Positions 44,356 through 53,505 of a stretch of DNA of 64,000 bases are shown in pieces (position 1 is the stretch's first letter; every line of letters starts with the position of its first letter). A model generated the notes under the pieces. That model was not told the DNA's origin. It saw only the letters and a list, made by a program, of their open reading frames with translations, and did no database searches. Both the position numbers and the translations under genes were made by a program. Origin of the DNA: Escherichia phage outra; sequence record MN850645.1. One strand, 5' to 3'.

Positions 44356-44613
44356 TTAAGAATGCATAAAATCTTCTTCAGGGCAGGTTGAGAGATAAGA
44401 GATGCACGTTGGGACAACAACAACATTATCTTTAAGGTTTGCAACCAAGCCTTTTGTAATTCCAGCCACTGCCCCGTTAATATCTGCTTGACGGATACCA
44501 AAACCTTGTTGTGCGGATAGATAACAAAATCCCTCACCTTTCTGTTGATTATTATTGAAGTAATAAACGTAGTGCATCATAAAATGGTCTTTAACGATTT
44601 GTTCTGTGGTCAT
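44356..44613 (-). CDS. hypothetical protein (85 aa)
   Basis: GGAGAA SD. Confidence 0.5.
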   Translation of the reverse strand: MTTEQIVKDHFMMHYVYYFNNNQQKGEGFCYLSAQQGFGIRQADINGAVAGITKGLVANLKDNVVVVPTCISYLSTCPEEDFMHS

Positions 44614-44621
44614 AATATTCT

Positions 44622-44647
44622 CCTATAAGAAAAGGGGCTTTCGCCCC
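44622..44647 (-). terminator. rho-independent terminator
   Basis: GGGGC-TTTC-GCCCC stem-loop 3' of Sir2-like gene. Confidence 0.5.
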
Positions 44648-44657
44648 CTTGGTCAAG

Positions 44658-45470
44658 TTACTTAGTCAAATGATCTTCTATCATTTTTATGAAAGCAGGA
44701 TTGCTAAAAGCCTCTGCTGCCTTTTCTCTATAAACAAAGACTCCTCTATCTTCGTAAAGAAGAGTTTCTTCGTAATTAATTCCTGGGTTAACAACAATCA
44801 TTTTTGTACCCATATTAAGTGCAGGAAATAATTCCCAATTAAAATTGATAACTTGGTTTGAACATCCTACTACAACAACCAAATCTTGCATGGTCAGAGT
44901 ATCAAACAAGTAAGCCATATCTGCATACAAAGGTGCAGCCTCGCCAAAAAATACAACATTAGGCTTCACCCAGTTATAATCATCTATGTTTATACTATTG
45001 TAACCAATGTCTACCAGTGTTTTGTAATCTCCAGGATGCATACGGTAAACTACTTCAGGAAGATACCCGTGCACGTGAATAACAGAATCCCTGTCCACAC
45101 CTGCTCGCTCTAGTAGATCATCAACGTTTGTTGTCAAGTTTACTACTTGGTTAGGATATTCCTTAAACCACTTTGCTATTTGAATATGTGCAGCATTAGG
45201 TTGTACATCTTTAAGCTCAACACGTCTTTTGTTATAAAATTCGTGTGTTTTGGCATACAAATCCATACCGTTCTCGTCTACACCACCGACCACTGGAAGA
45301 TCTGGAGATGTTCTAACACGATAACCTGCTTGGAAAGCTCCAATATCGCAGACCTCTTCTAAATCATATTCTTCCCATAAGGCACGACCACTATCTGTGT
45401 CTGTTCGGAATGTTCGAATCCCACTGTCTGCACTTAAACCTGCGCCACTAACAAAAATTACTCTTCGCAT
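44658..45470 (-). CDS. Sir2-family (sirtuin-like) NAD-dependent protein
   Basis: N-terminal GAGLSADSGIRTFR, NAAH...TTNVDDLLERAG...IHVHG, VVFFGE blocks match sirtuin motifs; no CxxC...CxxC Zn ribbon seen. Confidence 0.7.
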   Translation of the reverse strand: MRRVIFVSGAGLSADSGIRTFRTDTDSGRALWEEYDLEEVCDIGAFQAGYRVRTSPDLPVVGGVDENGMDLYAKTHEFYNKRRVELKDVQPNAAHIQIAKWFKEYPNQVVNLTTNVDDLLERAGVDRDSVIHVHGYLPEVVYRMHPGDYKTLVDIGYNSINIDDYNWVKPNVVFFGEAAPLYADMAYLFDTLTMQDLVVVVGCSNQVINFNWELFPALNMGTKMIVVNPGINYEETLLYEDRGVFVYREKAAEAFSNPAFIKMIEDHLTK

Positions 45471-46012
45471 TCAATATCCTCTTCGTAATCATCATCCCAA
45501 GAAGATGCGTCGTAACGCTCTTCCTCTTCGAAATCCCAATTAATTTCTACTCCAAAATCTAAAAACAATTTAACAATGTTTTCTGTAGAATAGTATTTAT
45601 CATAAGCGTTAGCTAGTTCCCAATACTTGTCACTCAATTTTTTATAAATAGGATCATTATAGTCATAATCTACTTTATAACCATAGTCATACATCTCTTG
45701 TTCAGCTTTAAGCATAGCTTCTGGTGTAAGAAGATTAGGGAACGGACGATTTCTTTCTTTTAACTTAGAAGCGATCCAGTTTGCAACATTCGCCACTTCA
45801 CCATCTCGATTATCACCTAAACAACTTGCATAATCTCCATCTTGGTAAGTGCCTAAATCCCCACTAACTTCATGTACAATACTTGAATACGATCCACACG
45901 TTTCACAATCTGAAAAAGTGTCTACTGTTGTAATATCAATAGATAAAACTGGTAAAGCCATAGCTTCTTTCACACAAGCCTCCTCATATAATAACATATC
46001 ATCAAAACCCAT
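45458..46012 (-). CDS. hypothetical acidic protein (about 184 aa; start uncertain)
   Basis: track start 46027 is TTG; ATG 46012 has GGAGGA SD. Confidence 0.45.
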   Translation of the reverse strand: MGFDDMLLYEEACVKEAMALPVLSIDITTVDTFSDCETCGSYSSIVHEVSGDLGTYQDGDYASCLGDNRDGEVANVANWIASKLKERNRPFPNLLTPEAMLKAEQEMYDYGYKVDYDYNDPIYKKLSDKYWELANAYDKYYSTENIVKLFLDFGVEINWDFEEEERYDASSWDDDYEEDIECEE

Positions 46013-46020
46013 ATATCCTC

Positions 46021-46049
46021 CACACAAATAAAGCCCCTGATTGGGGCTT
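46021..46049 (-). terminator. rho-independent terminator or attenuator
   Basis: AAGCCCC-TGATT-GGGGCTT stem-loop plus T-rich tail on minus strand. Confidence 0.5.
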
Positions 46050-46066
46050 TGGTTAAGTTTTACGGA

Positions 46067-46675
46067 TTATACCAGACTTTTAAGGTACTTGTCAAGGGCT
46101 TCTTGATCACCTTGACAAACATAGCAACGGAAATCTTGAGCCGAGGGTTCTTTGTCCTCGTCCCAATCCCAATAAACAGTACCTTTATAACGTGAACCTG
46201 GGAACTCGAAATATGCTGTATGAGTGATATGATGTGGGCCACCCCAAAACTGTATAAAAGTAAATTGAGGATATGCTGCTTTAACTGTATTTTCAAACCA
46301 AGTTTTACGATCTAATGCTTCGTTTATAAAATAAGCATGGCGTTCCATTTCATCCCAGTTTTTCCAAACGCATTTTTCATCCAGAGAAAAAACAAAATCT
46401 TCACTGTTGAATTCATCTGTATCTTCCAAAATATCATAATCATGTGCACTAGGTATCCACCATCCAGCTTCTAATAGTGCTTTCACGGGTACAAAACCTT
46501 TTTCAGCATATTGATCAAATTCTTTTACTCTACGTACAGTGCAGTATTCATCTTCACCACCAATGTCCAGCAGACAAGCACCTTTGCGTCTTGCTGCAAG
46601 ACCATGTGTATCAAAAACTACAACACTACCTTCACCATCTTCACGATCTACTTGATATGCAACTTTTTGAGTCAT
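46067..46675 (-). CDS. hypothetical protein (202 aa)
   Basis: ORF in operon orientation. Confidence 0.55.
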   Translation of the reverse strand: MTQKVAYQVDREDGEGSVVVFDTHGLAARRKGACLLDIGGEDEYCTVRRVKEFDQYAEKGFVPVKALLEAGWWIPSAHDYDILEDTDEFNSEDFVFSLDEKCVWKNWDEMERHAYFINEALDRKTWFENTVKAAYPQFTFIQFWGGPHHITHTAYFEFPGSRYKGTVYWDWDEDKEPSAQDFRCYVCQGDQEALDKYLKSLV

Positions 46676-46676
46676 A

Positions 46677-46799
46677 TTACCCCCAATGTATATGGGAAAT
46701 TAACCAAAAGATAAATTCCCAAAAACACCAACCAAGAAAAGTTAATGGAATTATAAAAGCTATCAGAGCAGTCTTCCAGCCTTTCCACAATGTTTCCAT
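46677..46799 (-). CDS. hypothetical membrane peptide (40 aa)
   Basis: hand-translated; GGAGGAAT SD; Trp-rich hydrophobic. Confidence 0.35.
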   Translation of the reverse strand: METLWKGWKTALIAFIIPLTFLGWCFWEFIFWLISHIHWG

Positions 46800-47788
46800 T
46801 ATTCCTCCATACATTTAAGAATATGTGCAATGACAGGTATAGTCCAACCGTTGCCTAACATCTTATATGCTTGTGTGTTACTACTCACTTTAAAGTAATC
46901 ATCTGGAACACCTTGTAAGCGGCAACACTCTTTAACCGTTAACTTTCTATAATGTACGCCTTCACTCAATTTTTCAAAGGCATCTAGATATCTTCCAGGT
47001 GGAATGTAGGCTAATAGTACGTCTTTCGGCACAGTCGTGAGGCAACGAGTTTTTTCACTGTCCTGAACTTCCAAACAATGTACCAAACGATCAGTTTTAG
47101 ATGTACTACGTTTGCCATTTTCATTAATTCTACGCCCATATATTGCTGCCGGATAAAAAACCAGTTGTCTGCGACTCTTTTCAAAATACTGTTCTATATT
47201 ACCACCTTTGGCATAATTTGCATCTATGCAATAAGCCTTATCTCTGTCTACGATACTATCATCTTCAATGATATCTTGCAACACTTCATTGGTAATATCC
47301 CAAGGTTTTATTTCCCAATTGCACCAGTATAAACGTTGTCTATTCTGTGCCGTGAAATCTGCGGAGTTAATGAACACGGGATCAACACCTAAGTAACTTG
47401 TGATCACGTTTTCCCACTCCACCTTCATCTTAACGTTCTCAAGCATGAACTTAACATTAGGGTTAAACTTTTTAATATGTTCAAGAATTTCAACATATTC
47501 AAAGAACAGTTTAGATCGCGGATCTTGAAAGTTCAAACCCTTACCAGAAGAAGAGAAGCCTTGGCACGGGCTACCACCTAACAAAAGATCAATTTCTCCC
47601 CACGGGATATCCCATTCTCTCCATTTTGTAACATCACCTAACTGAATAATATCTGGAAAATTTGCTTGGCTTTCGGCTATGGCAAATTTGTCTAATTCTG
47701 AAGCATAATATGTATCTACTTCAATACCTGCACTTTTTAGCGCAAGCATTCCTCCTGACATACCATCAAAAAGACTTAAAACTTTCAT
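46799..47788 (-). CDS. DNA (cytosine-5)-methyltransferase
   Basis: motif I LFDGMSGG, motif IV GGSPCQGFS, ENV motif. Confidence 0.85.
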   Translation of the reverse strand: MKVLSLFDGMSGGMLALKSAGIEVDTYYASELDKFAIAESQANFPDIIQLGDVTKWREWDIPWGEIDLLLGGSPCQGFSSSGKGLNFQDPRSKLFFEYVEILEHIKKFNPNVKFMLENVKMKVEWENVITSYLGVDPVFINSADFTAQNRQRLYWCNWEIKPWDITNEVLQDIIEDDSIVDRDKAYCIDANYAKGGNIEQYFEKSRRQLVFYPAAIYGRRINENGKRSTSKTDRLVHCLEVQDSEKTRCLTTVPKDVLLAYIPPGRYLDAFEKLSEGVHYRKLTVKECCRLQGVPDDYFKVSSNTQAYKMLGNGWTIPVIAHILKCMEE

Positions 47789-47790
47789 TA

Positions 47791-48201
47791 TTACTTCTTC
47801 TCCTTAACACTAGCTGGTAATTCTGCCTTGAGGCAGAAGTTTAAACGGTAAGCCTCATTCTCATTTAAAAGTACAGATTCACACGATAACCAGAACAAGA
47901 GATCCTCAATACCAGGGCTGTTAAGCCAACAGTGCAGAAGAGAATGTTGTTCTATATCAATGTAATTTAGTAACAAGGCTTGTAAGGCGTAACTAGTTCC
48001 CGTCGTTTTTGCTTTTTCAAGGATGATATCGTGTTTACTAACAACTTTCTTCTTAAGACCAAACCATTTATTAACAACAACAGTCTCCTCTTGTAGTTGT
48101 TTTCTTATTTTCTCACATTCTTTAACTACAATCTGCATCTTATCCACTGCCGATTGAAGTTGTTCTTTTGTTGGGTTTACAAAATAATCACTATAATACA
48201 T
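47791..48201 (-). CDS. hypothetical protein (136 aa)
   Basis: ORF in operon orientation. Confidence 0.5.
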   Translation of the reverse strand: MYYSDYFVNPTKEQLQSAVDKMQIVVKECEKIRKQLQEETVVVNKWFGLKKKVVSKHDIILEKAKTTGTSYALQALLLNYIDIEQHSLLHCWLNSPGIEDLLFWLSCESVLLNENEAYRLNFCLKAELPASVKEKK

Positions 48202-48253
48202 GCTAATCTCCTCTTCTGTTTTTCTGTAGTTTATTCGAAAAAACTGGTGTTGT

Positions 48254-48279
48254 CAACAAAAAACCCGCCGAAGCGGGTT
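48254..48279 (-). terminator. rho-independent terminator
   Basis: AACCCGC-CGAA-GCGGGTT stem-loop, TTTTGTTG tail on minus strand. Confidence 0.65.
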
Positions 48280-48283
48280 TATA

Positions 48284-48541
48284 TTATTCTACAGGAACTT
48301 CTTCACCAAGAGAAACTTCTAAACGGAATGCTTTACTTTCAATACACTCACTACCTTTTAGAAAATCAAATTGCACTATAGACTGACTTAATAGAATAGA
48401 TAGGATCACATCGCAATCTTCACTAGGGGCTAGATGTTTGTATTCTTCCTTCAAGGTAACATCATAAAAACATAAATCCCCTACTCCTAGTTCATCCCAT
48501 CCTTCCCACGCATCTACAAAGTTAAACTCTAAACCTTTCAT
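48284..48541 (-). CDS. hypothetical acidic protein (85 aa)
   Basis: ORF in operon orientation. Confidence 0.5.
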   Translation of the reverse strand: MKGLEFNFVDAWEGWDELGVGDLCFYDVTLKEEYKHLAPSEDCDVILSILLSQSIVQFDFLKGSECIESKAFRLEVSLGEEVPVE

Positions 48542-49062
48542 ACAACCTCCTCGTAGTTGTTATTGTGTTTTACTGTCTCAACATACAATAAAGATTCCAT
48601 CTGTAATACATTACCAGAAATAATAAACCCATAAGCCATTTCAGATGTGTCTATATCATATGCCCCGTCTTCCGGTTTAGCAAAGTGTAAAACTATTTCA
48701 TCCGGGTTTTCTTCATCCCATATTTTAGAAATTTTCCGAACCAGAATGTTAGCTAAGATAGTTGACATTCGGGATAAAGCTGTATCCTCATATCTTTTAA
48801 AACCTAGCCAATAGAGATTAAGAATTTCTACTTCTTCTTGTGTTAAGTTTTTGTCTAAAGTAATCAGATCTGTAGAGCACGGCGTTTTTGTTGAACCCAC
48901 TGTTACAAAACCTGGAGTGTTATGAAAAACAATCTTAACTTTATCACGTATAAAGTTTAAACCTTGTGCCTCAACTATATATTGTATTGTAGGTACAATA
49001 TCGTTTGTTACATCAATAAAACTATCTTTAATGACGCTTATATTATTTCTGGACAAGACCAT
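48538..49062 (-). CDS. hypothetical protein (174 aa)
   Basis: 4-nt overlap. Confidence 0.5.
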   Translation of the reverse strand: MVLSRNNISVIKDSFIDVTNDIVPTIQYIVEAQGLNFIRDKVKIVFHNTPGFVTVGSTKTPCSTDLITLDKNLTQEEVEILNLYWLGFKRYEDTALSRMSTILANILVRKISKIWDEENPDEIVLHFAKPEDGAYDIDTSEMAYGFIISGNVLQMESLLYVETVKHNNNYEEVV

Positions 49063-49621
49063 TCTCCTCTAAGATAGGCTTAATAAATTCGAAAATTTGT
49101 TTTTTACTTTTACCTCGAATATTAAAACAAGGAACATTAAACTTTTTAGCCAACATCCAAGCTGTTCTTGTACCACCTAAAGGATCTCCATTTTTATCTG
49201 TATTTGCACAAGCTAAAAGAAAACAAGATGGTTTTGGATTCTCAAGATCTCTTCCAAGAACTTGGTGGATATTTCTTTGATGTAATTTTTTAGCACCTTG
49301 AGATAATCTGTCCCAAGCTGGATGCAATTCTTTTGCATATTGCAAGGTTAAAGCATAGTTTACACTATCTGGTCTATCAAGAACAATAACCTCTCCCTCT
49401 ATCTCATTACCTTTAAACGAGAGCCAAGGAATGTATATTTCTTTCTTTGTATTGTTCCCACTATCATATACCCCGCATTCAAATGCGGAATCTGCACCTC
49501 CTGCTTTACCAGATCGCAAAATGAACCATGTAGATAACCATTTTGCAACAGATACCATAGTATCCCACTCTTCGTCTGTAATATCTCTGCTACCAACACC
49601 TGTGTAGAATAAATCGCTCAT
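49043..49621 (-). CDS. DprA/Smf-like (SLOG Rossmann-fold) protein
   Basis: YTGVGSRDITDEE ... SGKAGGADSAFECG resembles DprA GxGSR / GGAxGxD blocks; start moved to ATG 49621 with AAGGAGAAAACC SD. Confidence 0.4.
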   Translation of the reverse strand: MSDLFYTGVGSRDITDEEWDTMVSVAKWLSTWFILRSGKAGGADSAFECGVYDSGNNTKKEIYIPWLSFKGNEIEGEVIVLDRPDSVNYALTLQYAKELHPAWDRLSQGAKKLHQRNIHQVLGRDLENPKPSCFLLACANTDKNGDPLGGTRTAWMLAKKFNVPCFNIRGKSKKQIFEFIKPILEENGLVQK

Positions 49622-49631
49622 GGTTTTCTCC

Positions 49632-49952
49632 TTAACAAGTAATATTGGGAGTAACAATAGGATTAACAATTGGAGTAATAGGGTACGTAAACCAAGGGCT
49701 TCCAATTTCCCAAGGATAATAAGGTCTACGAGGATCATATGGAGGAGTTACTTCAGGCTTTTTCCAAATCTCCGCTAGTTGTTTCTTCCATTTATCCCTT
49801 GCTGTCTCATTATCTTCATCCAACTGTTCATCATTATCTTTTATTTCTGGTTTTGGAAATAAAAGCTCTTTGACTAACTCAACATCTTCCGTCTCAATAG
49901 TAGTTTCTTTCGTAAGTTCTCCTACTGTTTCTTTAATTGTGATTTTATACAT
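49632..49952 (-). CDS. hypothetical Pro-rich protein (106 aa)
   Basis: ORF in operon orientation. Confidence 0.45.
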   Translation of the reverse strand: MYKITIKETVGELTKETTIETEDVELVKELLFPKPEIKDNDEQLDEDNETARDKWKKQLAEIWKKPEVTPPYDPRRPYYPWEIGSPWFTYPITPIVNPIVTPNITC

Positions 49953-50698
49953 TAGTCCTCCTCTAAAGTAGAATAAAATTGTAACGTATTTGAATCATCA
50001 AAATATGCAAAGGTTAAATTACCATTGAAGCAAGATCCTGTGTCCATATATACCCTATTACTGCTAATTACAGGTTTAGGAACATAAGAATGCCCGTGAA
50101 ATACATAATCTACTCCTGAGACTCTAGGAAGAAGAATCCCTTCAAGTGCGCAATCTATCATATCACGATCCCACATTAAAGATTCTGTGAATCGAGAAAC
50201 TTGCTCTTTATTCATATTCAAACAAAATGGCAAAACTTCTGTCACTGGTAAATGTTCCAAAACTGAAGGATACCCACCGTGAATAAAGCCTAGTTTCATA
50301 TTACGATAATTGACAACAAGTACAACAGGTAAATCTTCTAGCATCAAAGCAAGAGCAGTTGCACCCTCTTCTCCACACTCGTCTAGAACTGTATGGCCTC
50401 CGTTCTGAAACCAACATTCGTAATATCGTCTATCACCTTCTAGCAACCCTTTAATCATCATATCTTCATGATTTCCACGAATACCATAACGATTTAGCTT
50501 TCTGGTGAATTCAACAACACAACGAAAATTCTGCTTGCCGCGATCTGTAAGATCTCCTAAAGATACAACAACATCTTGATCTCGGATACCTAAAGTATTA
50601 ACACCTTTCTGGTACAAATCAAAGCAACCATGTAAATCACCAATAATAAACAGGTCTTGATCATCTTTTACACTAATTTCTTGATATACTAGCATCAA
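49952..50698 (-). CDS. Ser/Thr protein phosphatase (calcineurin-like metallophosphoesterase)
   Basis: GDLHG, GDLTDRG, GNHE motifs. Confidence 0.85.
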   Translation of the reverse strand: MMLVYQEISVKDDQDLFIIGDLHGCFDLYQKGVNTLGIRDQDVVVSLGDLTDRGKQNFRCVVEFTRKLNRYGIRGNHEDMMIKGLLEGDRRYYECWFQNGGHTVLDECGEEGATALALMLEDLPVVLVVNYRNMKLGFIHGGYPSVLEHLPVTEVLPFCLNMNKEQVSRFTESLMWDRDMIDCALEGILLPRVSGVDYVFHGHSYVPKPVISSNRVYMDTGSCFNGNLTFAYFDDSNTLQFYSTLEED

Positions 50699-51021
50699 CT
50701 CTCCTCAAAATCCATAAGTATAAAGATATTAACTTTACCTTCTATATTATGTTCTACAACAAGATCTGCAAATTCTTTGTAGGCTTTTTCTTCTATTTGT
50801 TCAATGTGAGACGCTACATCTTTGTATATAGCGTCACCATCTACTTTAACAAGGAGGAATAGAGATCTCACTTCAATCTCTTTATTTTTACGGGGTAGAA
50901 AATCGACGGCTTCTTGTATACGCCAGCCGAGATACCCTGGAGTCCTTTGAATATCCTCCAAATGACTTTCTAAGATTTCCCTTCCTTTGTCTATTAAAGC
51001 CTGTTCTGTCGTTATTTTCAT
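50695..51021 (-). CDS. hypothetical protein (108 aa)
   Basis: 4-nt overlap. Confidence 0.5.
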   Translation of the reverse strand: MKITTEQALIDKGREILESHLEDIQRTPGYLGWRIQEAVDFLPRKNKEIEVRSLFLLVKVDGDAIYKDVASHIEQIEEKAYKEFADLVVEHNIEGKVNIFILMDFEES

Positions 51022-51031
51022 CCCCTTCTCC

Positions 51032-51604
51032 TTAATGTGTTAATGAAACTGCATAACTAAACACAGGTTCAGATATTACATCGGCTACAGTAATAAAAAC
51101 GTCTTCGTCTTGAGTTGTTTCTACACGACATACAGTTACACCATTCACCACGAATTCAACGCAATGTGGAATATCTTCACAAACGAAGGTAGTGTAAGTA
51201 ACACCCAAAGCATCATACAAAGATTTAACAGTGTTTGCAAGTGTCGCAGTTTCTTCTTTTTCTGAGACAATGAATGCTGTAACAATAAGATTGTTTGCAT
51301 AGTTTAGACTGTCCTCTATAGCCAATGATTTACAAGGTAGTAATGCAAAATATTTACCTGGTTTAATCAGACCTGCTTCCCATTGATTCAAAATTGCCTG
51401 GGATGGTTTAGTAATATAAAACAGATTTTCACTTGGGTTATCAATATTACTTCTGGCGATACAACGTGAAGGATTATTAATATCAAATACATGATCAAAA
51501 TCTACACAAACAGGTAAACTGAAAGGTGTGAATTTTTTATCTAATAATCCTATGGCTGATAATATGTTTGCTGTGCTTATCTTCCCGTTAAAAGCTAAAC
51601 GCAT
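51032..51604 (-). CDS. hypothetical protein (190 aa)
   Basis: ORF in operon orientation. Confidence 0.5.
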   Translation of the reverse strand: MRLAFNGKISTANILSAIGLLDKKFTPFSLPVCVDFDHVFDINNPSRCIARSNIDNPSENLFYITKPSQAILNQWEAGLIKPGKYFALLPCKSLAIEDSLNYANNLIVTAFIVSEKEETATLANTVKSLYDALGVTYTTFVCEDIPHCVEFVVNGVTVCRVETTQDEDVFITVADVISEPVFSYAVSLTH

Positions 51605-51615
51605 ATTTAACTCCT

Positions 51616-51819
51616 TTAACTAGCAACCGTAACTTCCGAACTTTCTTCTTTCGTGCTGTCTACGATATGCCTGGTGGCAATATACGAGACTTGCCAGTTA
51701 CCATCTGGTGTAGTCTCAATAAGTACCCTATCTACTTCGAGAAAATGCAAAAATTCAACCATCGCTCGCTTCGATAGGAATTGTTTTTTAACAGTCTCCT
51801 CAAAAGATTGAACTGCCAT
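51616..51819 (-). CDS. hypothetical protein (67 aa)
   Basis: ORF in operon orientation. Confidence 0.45.
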   Translation of the reverse strand: MAVQSFEETVKKQFLSKRAMVEFLHFLEVDRVLIETTPDGNWQVSYIATRHIVDSTKEESSEVTVAS

Positions 51820-51828
51820 GTTTCCTCC

Positions 51829-52491
51829 TTATTTAATATTCAATTTTGCACAAAGACGTTGTACCGCTTTGGCATCGAACAAACTCCCACGAATAGTTCT
51901 CTTTCCTGATTCATTCAGATGCTTTGCAATCGTCATATATGGCGTTTTACAAGCTCTGTATGCAACTAAAGAATCTTTTAAAGAAAGCGCAAACTCTCTT
52001 GAGCGTTTTGCTTCTTCCGTTTTCGTATAATCTGTTCTTTTGTATTTAGGGTTTGCTGCACCAAGAAGCGTTCCCTTCGCTTTTGCTACCTTAAGGCTCT
52101 TCTTAACACGATCAGATATTGCACGAGCCTCTTCTTCTGCCAGAACTGCTAAAATATTTATTATCATATTTTCAGCGGAGGGCATAGTTGCTATTCGTAC
52201 ATTAATCATCTCTAACAAGGTTGCAACAGAAGCTGTGTTACGTCCCAGACGGTCAACCTTAGCAACAACAAGTGTAGCACCTGTTTCCTTGCAAAGATTA
52301 ACAGCTTTTACAAGCTCTCTACGTTGCTTCCAATCACCTTTACCAGAATAAAACTCTGCAAAGCTACCTACAATAGTATAATTTTCTTGTGAATCCAGGA
52401 AGCGTTGGATATCTGCTTCCTGTGATTCTATACCATACTGGTTGCCTTGTTGTTTCTTCTTAGAAAGTCGATGATACAGTACAAACTTCAT
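51829..52491 (-). CDS. serine recombinase (resolvase/invertase family)
   Basis: N-terminal YHRLSKKKQ (catalytic Ser), VDRLGRN motif, C-terminal HTH-like region; 220 aa. Confidence 0.75.
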   Translation of the reverse strand: MKFVLYHRLSKKKQQGNQYGIESQEADIQRFLDSQENYTIVGSFAEFYSGKGDWKQRRELVKAVNLCKETGATLVVAKVDRLGRNTASVATLLEMINVRIATMPSAENMIINILAVLAEEEARAISDRVKKSLKVAKAKGTLLGAANPKYKRTDYTKTEEAKRSREFALSLKDSLVAYRACKTPYMTIAKHLNESGKRTIRGSLFDAKAVQRLCAKLNIK

Positions 52492-52548
52492 AATACCCTC
52501 CTGTTCTGTTGCAGGAAGTATGCACTACCTTAATGTTAAAGTCAACAG

Positions 52549-52752
52549 TTAAGTAGTGGTAATATCATCTTCTTGAATATCAGGGTCAACTTCTGCAAAG
52601 ATAGCCTCTACAGGAATTTCTTCACCTGCTATTCTAGAAAGAAGCACTGAACCAATAGCTTTTGCGTGTTCTTCGGATTCCGCATAAACATTAGTTCCTG
52701 TGTCTTTTTTCTTAGTTTCGTTAAAATATACCAGATAGTAATTGTATGCCAT
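52549..52752 (-). CDS. hypothetical acidic protein (67 aa)
   Basis: ORF in operon orientation. Confidence 0.45.
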   Translation of the reverse strand: MAYNYYLVYFNETKKKDTGTNVYAESEEHAKAIGSVLLSRIAGEEIPVEAIFAEVDPDIQEDDITTT

Positions 52753-53003
52753 TATTCATCCCAATCGTTGTTGCGAGCACTTTCAAGAACCTTGACAACT
52801 TCTGCGTACTCTACAGCTAAACCAGCACACACTTCAGCTTGTTTTGCAATTGCTTGCTTAAAGAACATAGCGATTGCAACACTCTGTGTTGTGTGAATGT
52901 TATCTGCTTTAGTTGATACATGAAGATCAAAATCTTCTTCATCAAAGGTGAGTTCCATAGTAACAATAAATTTCTCGGTCATAAAAATGCTCCTCTTAAA
53001 CAA
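52752..53003 (-). CDS. hypothetical protein (83 aa)
   Basis: ORF in operon orientation. Confidence 0.45.
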   Translation of the reverse strand: MFKRSIFMTEKFIVTMELTFDEEDFDLHVSTKADNIHTTQSVAIAMFFKQAIAKQAEVCAGLAVEYAEVVKVLESARNNDWDE

Positions 53004-53505
53004 AATAGAAAGGTTGAGTTAAACCCAGCCTGTTTTTTGGGTCGTAGACGTACCAAGCATATGCTGTCTTATCAGTACCACCTGCAACAAAAGATGGTCG
53101 TTCAGAAAGAACAATCAAATTTGTTGGTGGATTCTGTTTATGGAATTCCCTTCGTTTAATAGACTCTAGGAACCCAAGACGCAACAAGTATATGCAAACG
53201 TCTGCTTCTTTTAAGCTCTTTTGCAAGAACTCAAGTGCAAGTCTGAATGGTGGATTTGTGATTATAATATCCGGCTTAGTATGCCATTCGTGGTTAAAAT
53301 AATCCTTCCCTTCTTCTAACTCACAATATTCTGATCCTTCTGGAAAATGTTGATAAATTGCAGCAGCAGCGCCTTTACACGGTTCTGCAAAAATAAAACC
53401 TTCTTCTTTAAGGTTATTAAAATCTATTACACTAAATAATGCATTTATACATTTTTGTGGAGTAGGATAGTAATCAGTCGGTGGACGATCATACTTATTT
53501 GCCAC
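52996..53505 (-). CDS. small amino-methyltransferase-like protein (putative phage Dam-type N6-adenine MTase)
   Basis: FAEPCKGAAAA (SAM-binding-like) and IITNPPF (NPPF catalytic motif); 169 aa. Confidence 0.5.
   Translation of the reverse strand: MANKYDRPPTDYYPTPQKCINALFSVIDFNNLKEEGFIFAEPCKGAAAAIYQHFPEGSEYCELEEGKDYFNHEWHTKPDIIITNPPFRLALEFLQKSLKEADVCIYLLRLGFLESIKRREFHKQNPPTNLIVLSERPSFVAGGTDKTAYAWYVYDPKNRLGLTQPFYFV

Noticed and set aside
51829-52491. Serine recombinase as a prophage integrase (implying a temperate element)
   Set aside because: At 220 aa it is resolvase/invertase-sized, not a large serine integrase; no attachment-site-like repeats or lysogeny module (repressor/Cro) identified; the surrounding genes are lytic-phage metabolic genes.
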